Below, in pieces: positions 1 through 9,101 of a stretch of DNA of 64,000 nt. Numbering within the stretch: position 1 is the stretch's first letter; each line of letters begins with the position of its first letter. Under the pieces are notes generated by a model. That model was not told where the DNA came from and did not search any database. It was given only the letters and a program-made list of their open reading frames with translations. The position numbers and the translations under genes were made by a program. This stretch comes from an uncultured Alphaproteobacteria bacterium (GTDB lineage Bacteria > Pseudomonadota > Alphaproteobacteria > Acetobacterales > Acetobacteraceae): the NCBI GenBank assembly GCA_963812475.1, contig CAWEVI010000007.1:2693-66692 (forward strand), read 5' to 3'.

Positions 1-201
1 ATGCGCCGGATGCCCCGCGCCGCCGCCGAAGCGCTGTACCGCCGCGCGCGCCCCGTCGTCCTGGCGCAGGGCTGCATCATGGCGCTGGCGGGCTATGTGC
101 CCATCCTCAATCTGCTGATCCCCGTGATTGGCACCGCCGCCATGGTCCACGTGCTCGACCTCGCGCTGGCGGCGACGCCGGAAAATCGGCCCGCGTCATG
201 A
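1..201 (+). CDS. 3-prime end of a membrane protein gene that begins upstream of the window (EI24/CysZ-like, tentative)
   Basis: Frame is open from base 1 to the stop at 199-201. The hydrophobic tail ILNLLIPVIGTAAMVHVL resembles C-termini of EI24/CysZ-type proteins. Family call is from memory only. Confidence 0.35.
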   Translation: MRRMPRAAAEALYRRARPVVLAQGCIMALAGYVPILNLLIPVIGTAAMVHVLDLALAATPENRPAS

Positions 202-316
202 CCCATGCGGATCGTTGTGGATAACCGCCGGCACCCGGTTGTTTCATCGCCGCCGCCCGTGTTAGGCCGACCGTACCGTCACGACTCCCGACATCAGCCA
301 GCCGAGCGAGGAGCCC

Positions 317-982
317 GTGTTCAAACGCCGCAAGCCTGACGAACCGCAGGTCGACGAAGCGGGCGCCCCGTTGCCCGCCGGCCTGTCATATCCCGACCAG
401 GGGGACCACTCCGATCAACCGAGTGCCCCGAACAGACCGATCGACAACGGTCTGGGCGTGCCTCCCTTCCGTCCCGCCCCGCCGCAGGAGGTGCAAACGA
501 TGTCCCGGCCACCCTTCACCACCGCTCCAGCGCCGCAAGCCGCCCCACAGCCGGGACCGCGCCCCGGACTGCCACCGGTCCGCGCCCCGTCGCGCGATCC
601 GGCCGAGCGCCGCACGCTGGTCGTCGGCCGCGGCATCAGCGTACAGGGCACCGTGCAGGATGCCGAACGCCTGGTGGTCGAAGGAACTGTCGAAGCCACC
701 ATGATCCACGCCACCGAACTGGCCATCTCGCCGGGCGGCGTCTTCAAGGGTGAGATCGAGGTCGAGGACGTGGAGATCGCCGGCACGATCGACGGCACCC
801 TCACCGCGCGCGGCAGCCTGATCGTGCGCGCAACCGGCAAGGTGCTGGGCACCGCCCGCTGCCGGCGCCTTCAGGTCGAGGACGGCGGCCAGATCACCGG
901 TCGCATGGAGATGCTGACCGACCAGACCCAAGCCCAGGCGCGGACCGAACCGACCCGACCGGCGACCGAACCGGCGGCCTGA
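317..982 (+). CDS. Bactofilin family cytoskeletal protein with a Pro-rich N-terminal extension
   Basis: 221-aa ORF with a GTG start. The C-terminal ~120 aa show the bactofilin (DUF583) beta-helix pattern: GISVQGTVQDAERLVVEGTVEATMIHATELAISPGGVFKGEIEVEDVEIAGTIDGTLTARGSLIVRATGKVLG. The first ~95 aa are proline-rich low complexity. Confidence 0.8.
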   Translation: MFKRRKPDEPQVDEAGAPLPAGLSYPDQGDHSDQPSAPNRPIDNGLGVPPFRPAPPQEVQTMSRPPFTTAPAPQAAPQPGPRPGLPPVRAPSRDPAERRTLVVGRGISVQGTVQDAERLVVEGTVEATMIHATELAISPGGVFKGEIEVEDVEIAGTIDGTLTARGSLIVRATGKVLGTARCRRLQVEDGGQITGRMEMLTDQTQAQARTEPTRPATEPAA

Positions 983-1074
983 CGCCACCGCCCGAGTGCG
1001 GGCGGTCTTGGCGCAGATCAATGCGCGCCGTCACCGAGGGCTTAGCCTGAGGCATGACCGGTGGTGGGTGATGC

Positions 1075-1236
1075 ATGCGCATCTACAAGGCGATCAATCG
1101 AGTTCCGGGCGGCCTGATGGTCGTGCCACTGTTCATCGGCATGGAGCTCAGCACCTTCTTCCCGACCCTGCTGAAGATCGGCGGCTTCACCGAAGCGCTG
1201 ACCAGCGTCGGCTACCCCACGATCCTCAGCACGTAG
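1075..1236 (+). pseudogene. kdgT: N-terminal stub (53 codons) of a 2-keto-3-deoxygluconate permease gene
   Basis: ATG at 1075, TAG at 1234-1236. The translation MRIYKAINRVPGGLMVVPLFIGMELSTFFPTLLKIGGFTEALTSVGYPTILST parallels the KdgT N-terminus (M-IK--IE-IPGGMMLVPLFLGA--TF-PG----G-FT). Full KdgT is ~320 aa, and nothing further is recognisable downstream. Confidence 0.5.
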
Positions 1237-1309
1237 CTGTACTTGACCACGGCTCCCGGGTCGCCGGTAATCGAGTGGGACCGCGCGGTCCAGGAGCAGG
1301 AGACACACC

Positions 1310-2443
1310 ATGCCGACCGTCCATCCGCAGCTAAAGAAGGCTCGCGATCTTATGCCACTGATCGCCGCGGCCGCGGATGAAAACGACGATATCCGAAAAC
1401 TCACCAGGCCAGTCGTTGAAGCCCTGATCGATGGCGGGTTCTTCACCATGTTGAAGACCAAATCCGTCGGCGGAATGGAGCTGAAGCCCTCGCTCTTCGC
1501 CCAGGTGACCGAGGCGATCGCCACCGTGGATGGATCGACCGGGTGGGTGGTGTGCCAAAGCAACGGCTGCTCGACCACCAGCGCGTATCTCGATCCGCAC
1601 ATCGCCCAGGAGATTTTCGGCAGACCGGACGGGATCGTCGCCTGGGGACCGCCCGGTTCGCCCTACGAGGCGACACCGGTCGAAGGCGGCTACCGCATCA
1701 CCGGCAAATGGCGCTTCATGAGCGGCAGTCAGAATGCGACCTGGCTTGGTGCCCATCTGCGGGTTGCGGGCACCAAGGAGACCAAGACGTTCCTCTATCC
1801 GAAATCGAGCGCCACGTTCCACGATATCTGGCACACGCTGGGCCTGCGCGGCACGGCCAGCAATGAATATTCCGTCGACAATCTGTTCATTCCGCACGAG
1901 CGCGCCATCTTTCGCGACGATCCGCGCGACCGGCGTTCCGACAGCCCGCTGTATCGTTTCACCAGCAACCAGCTTTATTCGATCGGGTTCGGCGGCGTCG
2001 CGCTGGGTATCGCCCGGGGAACGATGGACGCGTTTATGGACCTGCCGCGGGAAAAGACCCGCCGCGGCGCGGGCAAACCGATGGTGGAGAACAACGTCGT
2101 CCAATCGCACGTTGCGCAGTCCGAGGCGCGGTGGCGCTCCGCACGCTATTTCCTTCACGCTGCGGCGGACGAGGCGTTGGAAACCATCGAGGAATGTGGC
2201 GCGATGGAACTGGATCAGCGCACCCGCCTGCGCCTCGCTTCCACCTGGGCCATTCAGTCGTCACGCGAGATCGTCAACACGCTGTTTCACGACTGCGGCT
2301 CGATGTCGGTGTTCGAGGAGAATCCGTTCGAACGCCGCCTGCGCGACATCGACACGGTCGCACAACAGGGCCAGGGGCGGATACTGCACTACGAGACGGT
2401 CGGTCAGGTGATGCTTGGTCTGGCGCCGGAGAACATCTTCTGA
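1310..2443 (+). CDS. Acyl-CoA dehydrogenase-fold flavoprotein (type-2 ACAD / flavin-dependent monooxygenase family)
   Basis: 377-aa ORF. It has the N-terminal helical domain, a middle beta-domain (GYRITGKWRFMSGSQNATW) and a C-terminal helical domain, as in DszC/HpaH-like ACAD-fold enzymes. Confidence 0.75.
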   Translation: MPTVHPQLKKARDLMPLIAAAADENDDIRKLTRPVVEALIDGGFFTMLKTKSVGGMELKPSLFAQVTEAIATVDGSTGWVVCQSNGCSTTSAYLDPHIAQEIFGRPDGIVAWGPPGSPYEATPVEGGYRITGKWRFMSGSQNATWLGAHLRVAGTKETKTFLYPKSSATFHDIWHTLGLRGTASNEYSVDNLFIPHERAIFRDDPRDRRSDSPLYRFTSNQLYSIGFGGVALGIARGTMDAFMDLPREKTRRGAGKPMVENNVVQSHVAQSEARWRSARYFLHAAADEALETIEECGAMELDQRTRLRLASTWAIQSSREIVNTLFHDCGSMSVFEENPFERRLRDIDTVAQQGQGRILHYETVGQVMLGLAPENIF

Positions 2444-2483
2444 AGCTGGCTAGCAGCTGACGAAAGGTTGTGCCAGTAAACAA

Positions 2484-2802
2484 GGAAAATGAAACCGCAA
2501 AACACGCAGAACACGCAAATGGATACTGGCGAAGAGAGCGTAACCTCCTTTCCAGACGAATCATCGGCTGCGCCCTAACCGTTATCCACGCACTGGGAAC
2601 TGCTTCCTCGATACCGGCTTCCAGTCGGCGCACCCGACCACGTCTTTCTATGCCGCGAGCCATTACGACGTGGATGCCGGGCCCACGGCCTTCGCCGGGG
2701 CATGCTTCGCCCGGCATTACGACATGAGTCGAACTCAGCAGAAATTGGTATAAGGCACCGCTACCCTTTGCGTGTTCTGCGTGTTTTGCGGTTCCATCTT
2801 CC
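2484..2802. repeat. 319-bp element bounded by ~40-bp imperfect terminal inverted repeats (MITE-like, or a long-stem structured RNA)
   Basis: Left arm at 2484-2524 is GGAAAATGAAACCGCAAAACACGCAGAACACGCAAATGGATAC. The reverse complement of 2761-2802 is GGAAGATGGAACCGCAAAACACGCAGAACACGCAAAGGGTAG, with a 25-nt perfect core. No convincing coding frame lies inside. Confidence 0.6.
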
Positions 2803-2865
2803 TCCCGATCGCACAGACCAGCTGCGCGGAATCAGGGCAGTCGCGCACAGTCCCAATTTTATCGG

Positions 2866-3058
2866 CTACCGTCCCGCGGTCTGATAGGCCGCCAGGCACT
2901 CTGCACGGCTTCTCCATGCCCATCAGCAGCGGCCCGATAGTGCTTCCGCCACCGCCCAGGCTCGACGTGATATGCGCCGAGTGCAGCCCGGGCATCACCA
3001 GCACGTTGGCATCCGCGGTCAGCCGGCAGAACGGATACAGCGCGCGGATCGACGGCTC
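2866..3058 (-). pseudogene. maeB: Decayed duplicate of the 3-prime end of the NADP-malic enzyme gene
   Basis: The minus strand reads [51 protein letters not shown]. This parallels maeB residues encoded at 6707-6955 and is roughly 90 percent identical by hand alignment. There are net gaps of 9 nt, 1 nt (frame-breaking) and ~43 nt. The tail resumes as ..AYQTAGR-stop at 2866-2868. Confidence 0.8.
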
Positions 3059-3066
3059 GCCTGGAG

Positions 3067-4170
3067 CTAATCGGCCGCCGCCAAATCTTCCTCGACGAAA
3101 CGCATGAGTGCCTCGAGAAGAGCTTCGCGCGGATAAGCGTTCCGGGTCACGAACATCGAGGCGATGACGCTGTGCGTGCGATTGATCGGGACCGCGACGG
3201 CCCAGTGGTCGGCATTGAGATAGCCCACCAGAACGCTGCCTGGCACGACCTGGTCATAGAAGATCATCTGACTGTCGTTGCGCGCGTCGATGCGAGCCAG
3301 CTTGTCATAGCTCCCGGTAAGAACCGAAGAGATGACCTCCGGCCGCGGAAATGTGACGAGCGAATAATAGTGCAACTCGGGGGGAAGCGGGTTCCGCGCA
3401 AGCCACGCCTGGCGCGTCGCGGGCCGTAGGCTTGCCACGCCGCCGCCGTCGCCCGGGCCGCAGTTTGCGCCTGGAAAGTGCCGCAGCAGGTCGGCCTGGT
3501 ACTGCTCGGCGTCATTCGCGAGCGGCGACCCGCCAATCGCGCCGGCGGCGCTGACCACCGCAGCGACGCGGCTTCGTACCTCCGGATACGCGACCACAGC
3601 CTCGAGGATATCAGGGGCACCCTTCGAATAGCCGATGAGCACCAAACGCGGCGCACCCGCGTCGAACGGCATGGCCATGATCGCGTCGCGGATCTGGCGC
3701 GCGTTATTCTCCGAACTCGACAGCGCATCGACCTTCAGCACAAACGCGTCGTATCCGAACTGGCGCAAATGCTGCCCGGCAGTGCCGGGTGGATCCAGCC
3801 ACGGTTCGAAGCATTCGTAGCCAATACCTGGCACCACCGCCGCGACGAGGTGTCGCTTCGATGGACCGAGATCGACTTGTCTGTCAGTGCCGGCGGGCTC
3901 CGTGCCGACGCGGGTCAGTGCTTCCTCGCAGGGGCGGTAATCCGGCAGCGCGCGTCCGTGCGCTTCCAGCACGGCGCAATAGATTTCACGGAAGCGGCCA
4001 CGGTGGTCCTGCACGCCCATCCGGGCTGCAGGCACGAGAGCGAGCGGCGGCGTGTCGGTCGAATACGGCACCAGTGGCCGCGTCGCACATGCGCCGAGCG
4101 TGAGGCACGTCCCCGCGACCAGCGATATGATGGCTACATAAAATCTAGTGCCCGGCATCGCTGCCCGCAT
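3067..4170 (-). CDS. Lipoprotein alpha/beta hydrolase (lipase/esterase-like)
   Basis: Signal peptide with lipobox (ISLVAGTCLTLGAC). Nucleophile elbow G-Y-S-K-G sits in LVLIGYSKGAPD, and there is a downstream ADHWAVAVP His motif. I chose the start at ATG 4170 (AAGGTG lies 8 nt upstream). ATG 4158 is an alternative. The track ORF extends to 4350 without support. Confidence 0.65.
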   Translation of the reverse strand: MRAAMPGTRFYVAIISLVAGTCLTLGACATRPLVPYSTDTPPLALVPAARMGVQDHRGRFREIYCAVLEAHGRALPDYRPCEEALTRVGTEPAGTDRQVDLGPSKRHLVAAVVPGIGYECFEPWLDPPGTAGQHLRQFGYDAFVLKVDALSSSENNARQIRDAIMAMPFDAGAPRLVLIGYSKGAPDILEAVVAYPEVRSRVAAVVSAAGAIGGSPLANDAEQYQADLLRHFPGANCGPGDGGGVASLRPATRQAWLARNPLPPELHYYSLVTFPRPEVISSVLTGSYDKLARIDARNDSQMIFYDQVVPGSVLVGYLNADHWAVAVPINRTHSVIASMFVTRNAYPREALLEALMRFVEEDLAAAD

Positions 4171-5380
4171 TCCCGACACCTTGTCCACGCCGATCGAGGT
4201 ACGGCTCCCAGCGGAGAAATTCCACGTTTTCGAGGCTCTGGGGCCGCGTCGCGAAGAACAGGACGGCGCGCAGACCGTCGGTATAATAGTGCGCGCCGTG
4301 CAGGGTATCCCGAGGCTGTGTATCGGAGGCCTCGCCGACGCCGGTGACAAAACCGATGCGGGTCAGACCACCTGAATACATCATGTCCTGGACCAACAGA
4401 TTTCTTGCTTCATCCACATCTTCGTCCAGGACGATATCGCTGTTGCCCGGGGACGCGAAGCGCCCGCCGACCGGCCGGCCAGCCTGCACAAGATAAACCG
4501 GTTGGTCCTGGAAGCTGACCGGTGCGAGCCACGCGCGTATCCAGTTGGACGGCGCGCCCGCCTGTGCCTGCTTGTGCAGCACGAAATCAGGCGGGCGGCC
4601 GAAAACCTGTTGAACCATGTCCTCCGCTTGCGCGGAGCGCCGATAGTCACGGCGCACCATCGCGCTCCCGATCGCGGCAATGTCACCGACGAACACGGCA
4701 TTCAGCGGATCAGCGTGCATCGTTCCGCCTGCTTCTGCCGCACAGCACGGCAGCTGCTCGATTGCAACGCGGAGTGCGGCGAGGTCCGTGTAGTTCACGG
4801 CATGCGCACCGGAATATTTGAAGAGCGCCGGGTCGTCGCCGGGGGCATCATCGGGTACAGGTAGGAACAGCGTGAAGGGAATCAGCATCTGCCGGCCGAG
4901 CAGATCGACGTTCAGAAGTCTTGTCCGGCGTTCGGGATTGATGAAGAGGATTCCCGCACGTGTTTCCCCCGCGGCGATCGGATTCTTGAACCCGAGCCTG
5001 TCGAAGTGGTCGTCGATCCGTGCATTCGTGTCGCCGCCAAGCAGCGTGTGCAGCGACCACGCGACTTCGAGCGGCGAGTAGTAGTCAGGGTCGGTGCCGG
5101 AGCGCAGCAGCCACAACCGTCGCGCGGTCCGGTTCTCGACCTCTATCCAGACGGGCTGTACTGCGGTCCTGTCGAGTTCGCCGCCGAGCATGCGCCGCGC
5201 GTCCATGGCGCTGAGCACTGCCGCGTTTATGCGTACGTCGCTCCGCATGTCGGTCACGGCGCGGCGGCGCAGCGCGGCGTCGCTGACGTCCTCGGGAGCC
5301 CGCCAGGTCGCGCAACTGACTATGGCCAGTAGCAAGCAGATCCTGAACGCGTCGAGCAGACGAGGCGGCAACGAATTCAT
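4145..5380 (-). CDS. LssY C-terminal-domain lipoprotein (divergent paralog)
   Basis: Lipobox LLLAIVSC. The N-terminal domain shares VQPVWIEVENR with the upstream paralog. Also shared are the LPCC motif, ADPLNAVFVG and the C-terminal YYTDG motif. Its ATG overlaps the upstream stop (ATGA at 5377-5380). Confidence 0.65.
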   Translation of the reverse strand: MNSLPPRLLDAFRICLLLAIVSCATWRAPEDVSDAALRRRAVTDMRSDVRINAAVLSAMDARRMLGGELDRTAVQPVWIEVENRTARRLWLLRSGTDPDYYSPLEVAWSLHTLLGGDTNARIDDHFDRLGFKNPIAAGETRAGILFINPERRTRLLNVDLLGRQMLIPFTLFLPVPDDAPGDDPALFKYSGAHAVNYTDLAALRVAIEQLPCCAAEAGGTMHADPLNAVFVGDIAAIGSAMVRRDYRRSAQAEDMVQQVFGRPPDFVLHKQAQAGAPSNWIRAWLAPVSFQDQPVYLVQAGRPVGGRFASPGNSDIVLDEDVDEARNLLVQDMMYSGGLTRIGFVTGVGEASDTQPRDTLHGAHYYTDGLRAVLFFATRPQSLENVEFLRWEPYLDRRGQGVGNAGSDAGH

Positions 5381-6678
5381 CGCGCTATTCCCGGAGTCGC
5401 CTCCTTGCGCGTCTCGATCGTCCCCCAGTCGAACAGCTCGATCTCGGTGATCGGCGTTGGTCTGCGGTCAAATACCAGCACGACGCGAAATCCGTCGGTA
5501 TAGTACGGATCGGTGGTGAGGTTCTCGCGTGCAGCGTTCGGCGGTGCTGCGCCGACCCCGTTCACGAGCCCCGACTTCGTGAGGTTTTGCGAATAGACCA
5601 TGTCCTCGCTCAGCGCCGCGCGCGCCGTGTCCAAATCGGGATCGATCTTGTGCGTCGTGAACGTCGGTGAGTGGATGGTGAGACGAGAGCCGATATCCCG
5701 GCTGACCTGGCCCACCCAAACCCGCTTGTCATGGTAGCGGATCGGGCTCAGCCAGAGCCGCAGGTGATTGCGCTGGTGGATGTTGTCACGGGCCTTCTGC
5801 AGCGCGAGGTCCTGGGGACGGCCGAACAGGTAGAGATCACTCACCGGCGCATAGGGATAGCGGTCGCGCGACAGCGCAGCGGTCATCATCCGCCAGATCG
5901 AGCCCGTCCACTTCTCCTCGGTTGGATGCCAACCCCGCCGGACCAAAGCAGGGAAGGCATCCTCGAGGCCGCCAACGATCACCAGATTGATCGGATCGGC
6001 GTTCTTCGTGCCATTTTTGTTGGTCGCACAGCATGGCAGGGCCTCCAGCGCCGCGCGAAAGGCATCGTCATCCGTGTAGTTCACGATCTTCTCGGGCGGA
6101 TAGATCTCGCGCTGGAACGCTTCGCTCACCTTATAGTCACCCCGAAAGCCAGGCACGACCGCGAGGATCGAGAATGTCCGCGCGCGCTCGCTTGCGACAA
6201 AGTCGAGTTGCACGAGCTTCACGCCCTCGTCCAGGTTTGTCAGTACGAACCCCAACGTCGTCGATTCCGGCGGGACGGGGTTGTGGAACGCAAGCTGCCG
6301 GAAGCGCCGGTCGATCGCAGCCCGCTGCTGGCTCGAGCTCTCCGGTGACAGGGCTTCGGCTGCTTCCGATGCGGGAAAGAAATTCGGATCCAGACCCGGC
6401 GACAACAGGAAATAGCCCTGCCGGTCACGGTTCTCGACCTCGATCCACACGGGCTGGATTCCCTGCTTCGCGAGCGCCATGCCGTACACCGCCACGCTCT
6501 CGTCGGCGGACAGCACCGCCGTCGACACCCGCAGCGTGCCGTCGGTTCGCGTCACGGCCCTGCTTTTGTAGTCGGGCTCCGTTGTGGGCTGTGCCGACAT
6601 CACAGGCGCACAGCCACCAAAAGTGCCAGCGACGAGAGCGATTGCGAGCGCCCGCATCGCCATGCGGGTCCATTTCAT
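5377..6678 (-). CDS. LssY C-terminal-domain lipoprotein
   Basis: Signal peptide plus lipobox (LVAGTFGGC). As I recall the LssY_C (PF14067) signature, these match it: ADPINLVIVG, RRGW, PVSDLYLFGRPQDLALQK, RNHLRLW and THKIDPDLDTAR. It starts 28 nt after the maeB stop. Confidence 0.7.
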   Translation of the reverse strand: MKWTRMAMRALAIALVAGTFGGCAPVMSAQPTTEPDYKSRAVTRTDGTLRVSTAVLSADESVAVYGMALAKQGIQPVWIEVENRDRQGYFLLSPGLDPNFFPASEAAEALSPESSSQQRAAIDRRFRQLAFHNPVPPESTTLGFVLTNLDEGVKLVQLDFVASERARTFSILAVVPGFRGDYKVSEAFQREIYPPEKIVNYTDDDAFRAALEALPCCATNKNGTKNADPINLVIVGGLEDAFPALVRRGWHPTEEKWTGSIWRMMTAALSRDRYPYAPVSDLYLFGRPQDLALQKARDNIHQRNHLRLWLSPIRYHDKRVWVGQVSRDIGSRLTIHSPTFTTHKIDPDLDTARAALSEDMVYSQNLTKSGLVNGVGAAPPNAARENLTTDPYYTDGFRVVLVFDRRPTPITEIELFDWGTIETRKEATPGIAR

Positions 6679-6706
6679 TCGCTCATCCCCGCGAACTGAC
6701 GCCGGA

Positions 6707-8992
6707 TCAGCGCGCCGCCGCGGTCTGGTACGCCGCCAGGCACGCCAGATCGACGATCTGGCTGACCGAAGCGTCCATCGGCATGATCTGCACGGGCTTC
6801 TCCATGCCCATCAGCAGCGGCCCGATGATGCCACCGCCACCCAACCTGCGCGCCAGGCTCGACGTGATATGGGCCGAGTGCAGCCCCGGCATCACCAGTA
6901 CATTCGCATCCGCGGTCAGCCGGCAGAACGGATACAGCGCGCGAATGGACGGCTCCAACGCGACATCCGGGCTCATCTCGCCGTCATATTCGAAATCGAC
7001 ATTGCGCCGATCGAGGATCGCCACCGCATCGCGCATCGGCGCATTGGCCGCATGCAGCGGGTCGCCGAACGTGGCATGCGACAGCAGCGCGACGCGCGGC
7101 TCGTGGCCGAGATGCCGCGCAGCCCTAGCCGCACCGATCGCGATCTCCGCCGCCTGCTCCGCATTGGGTCGGAAATGCATCAGTGTGTCGGCGATGAAGA
7201 TGGTCCGACCGCGCATGCCCAGCACCAGCGTAAGCCCGAACGCGATGCCCCCCGCGGCCGGCTCGATCGCATGGCTGATGTCGTCCAGACACACCGCGGC
7301 CGAACGGGTGAGCCCGGTCACCATCGCATCGGCATCACCGGTCGCCACCATGCAGGCGGCAAAGACGTTGCGGTCCTGGTTCACCATCCGCTGGCAGTCG
7401 CGATGCAGGAACCCCCGGCGCTGCATACGGCCATACAGGAAGTCGACGTATTTTGCATTGGCGCCGGACAGGCGCGCGTTGTGGATCTCGATGCCCTCCA
7501 CGATGCCGAGACCGAGGCTCGCCATCGTCGCCTGCACCCGATCCTCGCGCCCGATCAGCACCGGTCTGCCATAGCCGGCATTGCGGTAGGCGACGGCGGC
7601 CCGCACCACCTTCTCCTCCTCGCCCTCGGCGAACACCACGCGGCGCGGATCGGTCCGCACGCTCTCCATGATCGCGTCGAGCGCGCCGGCGGTGGAATCG
7701 AGCCGCCCCGACAGGTCTCGCGCATAGCGGCGCAGATCGACCAGCGGCCTGCGCGCGACGCCGCTGTCCATCGCCGCGCGTGCCACCGCCGGCGGCACCC
7801 AGGAGATCAGTCGCGGATCGAACGCGTTCGGGATGATGTACTCCGGCCCGAACGTCAGCCGCCGCCCGGTCGAGGCGGTGTGCACCTCGTCCGGCACATC
7901 CTCGCGCGCAAGCTTGGCCAGCGCCTCGGCCGCGGCGATCTTCATTGCCTCGTTGATCGTGCTGGCGCGCACATCCAGCGCGCCGCGGAAGATGTAGGGA
8001 AAGCCCAGAACGTTGTTGACCTGATTGGGATAGTCGCTGCGGCCAGTCGCTATGATCGCATGTGGGCTGGCTTCCCGCGCCTCTTCCGGCGTGATCTCCG
8101 GGTCGGGGTTCGCCATCGCGAAGATGATCGGCTTGTCCGCCATGCGGCGGACCATCTCCTTGGTCACCGCGCCTTTGACCGACAGGCCGAACACCACATC
8201 GGCGCCGTCCAGCGCATCGGTCAGCGTGCGCGCCCTGGTCGCAGTGGCGTGGGCTGACTTCCACTGGTTCATGCCGTCGGTGCGGCCCTGGTAGATCACA
8301 CCCCGCGTGTCGCACAGCACCACGTGTTCCGGCCGCATGCCCATCGCCTTCAGCAGTTCGGCGCAGGCGATGCCGGCTGAACCGGCGCCGTTCACCACCA
8401 GCTTCGTGTCGCGCAACTCGCGCCCGGTCAGGTGACACGCGTTGATGAGTCCCGCCGCCGCGACGATCGCGGTGCCGTGCTGGTCGTCGTGGAATACCGG
8501 GATGTCCATCAGTTCGCGCAGCCGCTGCTCGATCACGAAGCATTCCGGCGCCTTGATGTCCTCCAGATTAATGCCGCCGAAGCCGGCCAGGAAGCGCACG
8601 GCGTTGACCACGTCATCGACGTTCTCCGAGTCGATCTCCAGGTCGATGCCGTCGATGTCGGCGAACCGCTTGAACAGCGCGATCTTGCCTTCCATCACCG
8701 GCTTCGACGCGATTGCGCCGAGATTGCCGAGGCCCAGCACGGCGGTCCCGTTGGACACCACCGCGACCATGTTGCCCTTGGCCGTGTAGTCGTAGGCGAG
8801 CGAGGCATCGCGCTGGATGTGCAGGCAGGGTTCGGCGACGCCAGGCGAATACGCGAGCGACAGGTCGCGCGCGGTGGTGATCGGCTTGCTGATGCGCGTC
8901 TCGAGCTTGCCCGGACGACCCGACGCGTGCAGCGCCAGGGCTTCTTCGGCCGAGATGCGTGCGGTGCGCGTATCGATGATACCGTCGGCCAT
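6707..8992 (-). CDS. maeB: NADP-dependent malic enzyme (malic enzyme domain fused to a PTA-like domain)
   Basis: Start chosen at [22 protein letters not shown] (ATG 8992), giving 761 aa. Motifs include [29 protein letters not shown] and GAGSAGIA, followed by a phosphate-acetyltransferase-like C-terminal half. The track ORF extension to 9205 is unsupported. Confidence 0.92.
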   Translation of the reverse strand: MADGIIDTRTARISAEEALALHASGRPGKLETRISKPITTARDLSLAYSPGVAEPCLHIQRDASLAYDYTAKGNMVAVVSNGTAVLGLGNLGAIASKPVMEGKIALFKRFADIDGIDLEIDSENVDDVVNAVRFLAGFGGINLEDIKAPECFVIEQRLRELMDIPVFHDDQHGTAIVAAAGLINACHLTGRELRDTKLVVNGAGSAGIACAELLKAMGMRPEHVVLCDTRGVIYQGRTDGMNQWKSAHATATRARTLTDALDGADVVFGLSVKGAVTKEMVRRMADKPIIFAMANPDPEITPEEAREASPHAIIATGRSDYPNQVNNVLGFPYIFRGALDVRASTINEAMKIAAAEALAKLAREDVPDEVHTASTGRRLTFGPEYIIPNAFDPRLISWVPPAVARAAMDSGVARRPLVDLRRYARDLSGRLDSTAGALDAIMESVRTDPRRVVFAEGEEEKVVRAAVAYRNAGYGRPVLIGREDRVQATMASLGLGIVEGIEIHNARLSGANAKYVDFLYGRMQRRGFLHRDCQRMVNQDRNVFAACMVATGDADAMVTGLTRSAAVCLDDISHAIEPAAGGIAFGLTLVLGMRGRTIFIADTLMHFRPNAEQAAEIAIGAARAARHLGHEPRVALLSHATFGDPLHAANAPMRDAVAILDRRNVDFEYDGEMSPDVALEPSIRALYPFCRLTADANVLVMPGLHSAHITSSLARRLGGGGIIGPLLMGMEKPVQIMPMDASVSQIVDLACLAAYQTAAAR

Positions 8993-9101
8993 CGTGGTTC
9001 CCCTGGTCGTTTCCCGTCGCGGCTGTATGCCATCATGGAGGGGGACCGCGAAGGAGGAAAGCGGACCGCGCTTCGCAGTGTTGGCGGCCTGAGGTACACC
9101 A

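Noticed and set aside
2470-2727. 85-aa ORF inside the inverted-repeat element
   Set aside because: It has no RBS or family signal and low-complexity content. It starts in the left inverted-repeat arm and runs across a REP-type palindrome, so I treat it as non-coding.
6033-8543. Several 400-560-aa ORFs (6033-7574 +, 6584-8257 +, 7335-8543 -) overlapping maeB
   Set aside because: They are antisense or off-frame to an unambiguous malic-enzyme gene, with Arg/Pro/Gly-rich low-complexity translations and no family motifs.
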